Assembly: GCF_001194135.2 (NCBI RefSeq)
Contig: NC_068985.1
Span: 96,169,240-96,233,239, forward strand
From: Octopus bimaculoides
Lineage: Eukaryota
DNA length: 64,000 bases
Reading direction: 5' to 3'
The notes under the pieces were generated by a model. That model was given only the letters and a program-made list of their open reading frames with translations. It was not told where the DNA came from and made no database searches. The position numbers and the translations under genes were made by a program. Positions 63,820-64,000 of the stretch are shown here, in pieces. Position 1 is the stretch's first letter, and every line of letters starts with the position of its first letter.

Positions 63820-64000
63820 TGAGTGGCTGTGTGGTAAGTAGCTTGCTTAACAACCACATGGTTCTGGGTTCAGTCCCATTGCATGGCACCTTGGGCAAAT
63901 GTCTTCTACTATAGCCTCAGGCCGACCAAAGCCTTGTGAGTAGATTTGGTAGAGGGAAACTGAAAGAAGCCCGTCGTATATATGTATGTATATATATATA
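63820..64000 (+). mobile_element. SINE family A 5' half running off the window end
   Basis: gagtggctgtgtggtaagtagcttgcttaacaaccacatggttctgggttcagtccc...gaagcccgtcgtatatatg. Confidence 0.88.

Overview
AT-rich, intron-scale eukaryotic genomic DNA from a draft assembly, with N gaps at 2744-2805, 9110-10008, 10240-10323, 14790-14956, 44165-44396, 50142-50151 and 59737-59840. The SINE, LINE and microsatellite content looks like a coleoid cephalopod, probably Octopus; this is inferred from remembered repeat families and was not searched. Nearly all ORFs in the supplied track are artefacts of repeats or microsatellites. Real coding signal is sparse and lies on the minus strand. It comprises exons of an HSF2BP/MEILB2 orthologue (47000-47149 clear, 47352-47435 likely, and an apparently frameshifted exon at 39479-39627), a three-exon phase-compatible 3' end of an unidentified upstream gene (55848 to 53266), and weaker candidate exons at 25-16 kb. 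The rest is mostly three tRNA-derived SINE families (called A, B and C here), many 5'-truncated RTE-clade LINE 3' ends, two decayed mariner elements and TTAA-flanked piggyBac-like MITEs. The most striking object is a roughly 500-bp near-perfect palindrome at 17573-18092. It consists of two head-to-head tRNA-headed units, each carrying a decayed copy of a Penelope-type minimal hammerhead ribozyme. Coordinates were counted by hand; repeat boundaries are approximate to about 10-20 nt.
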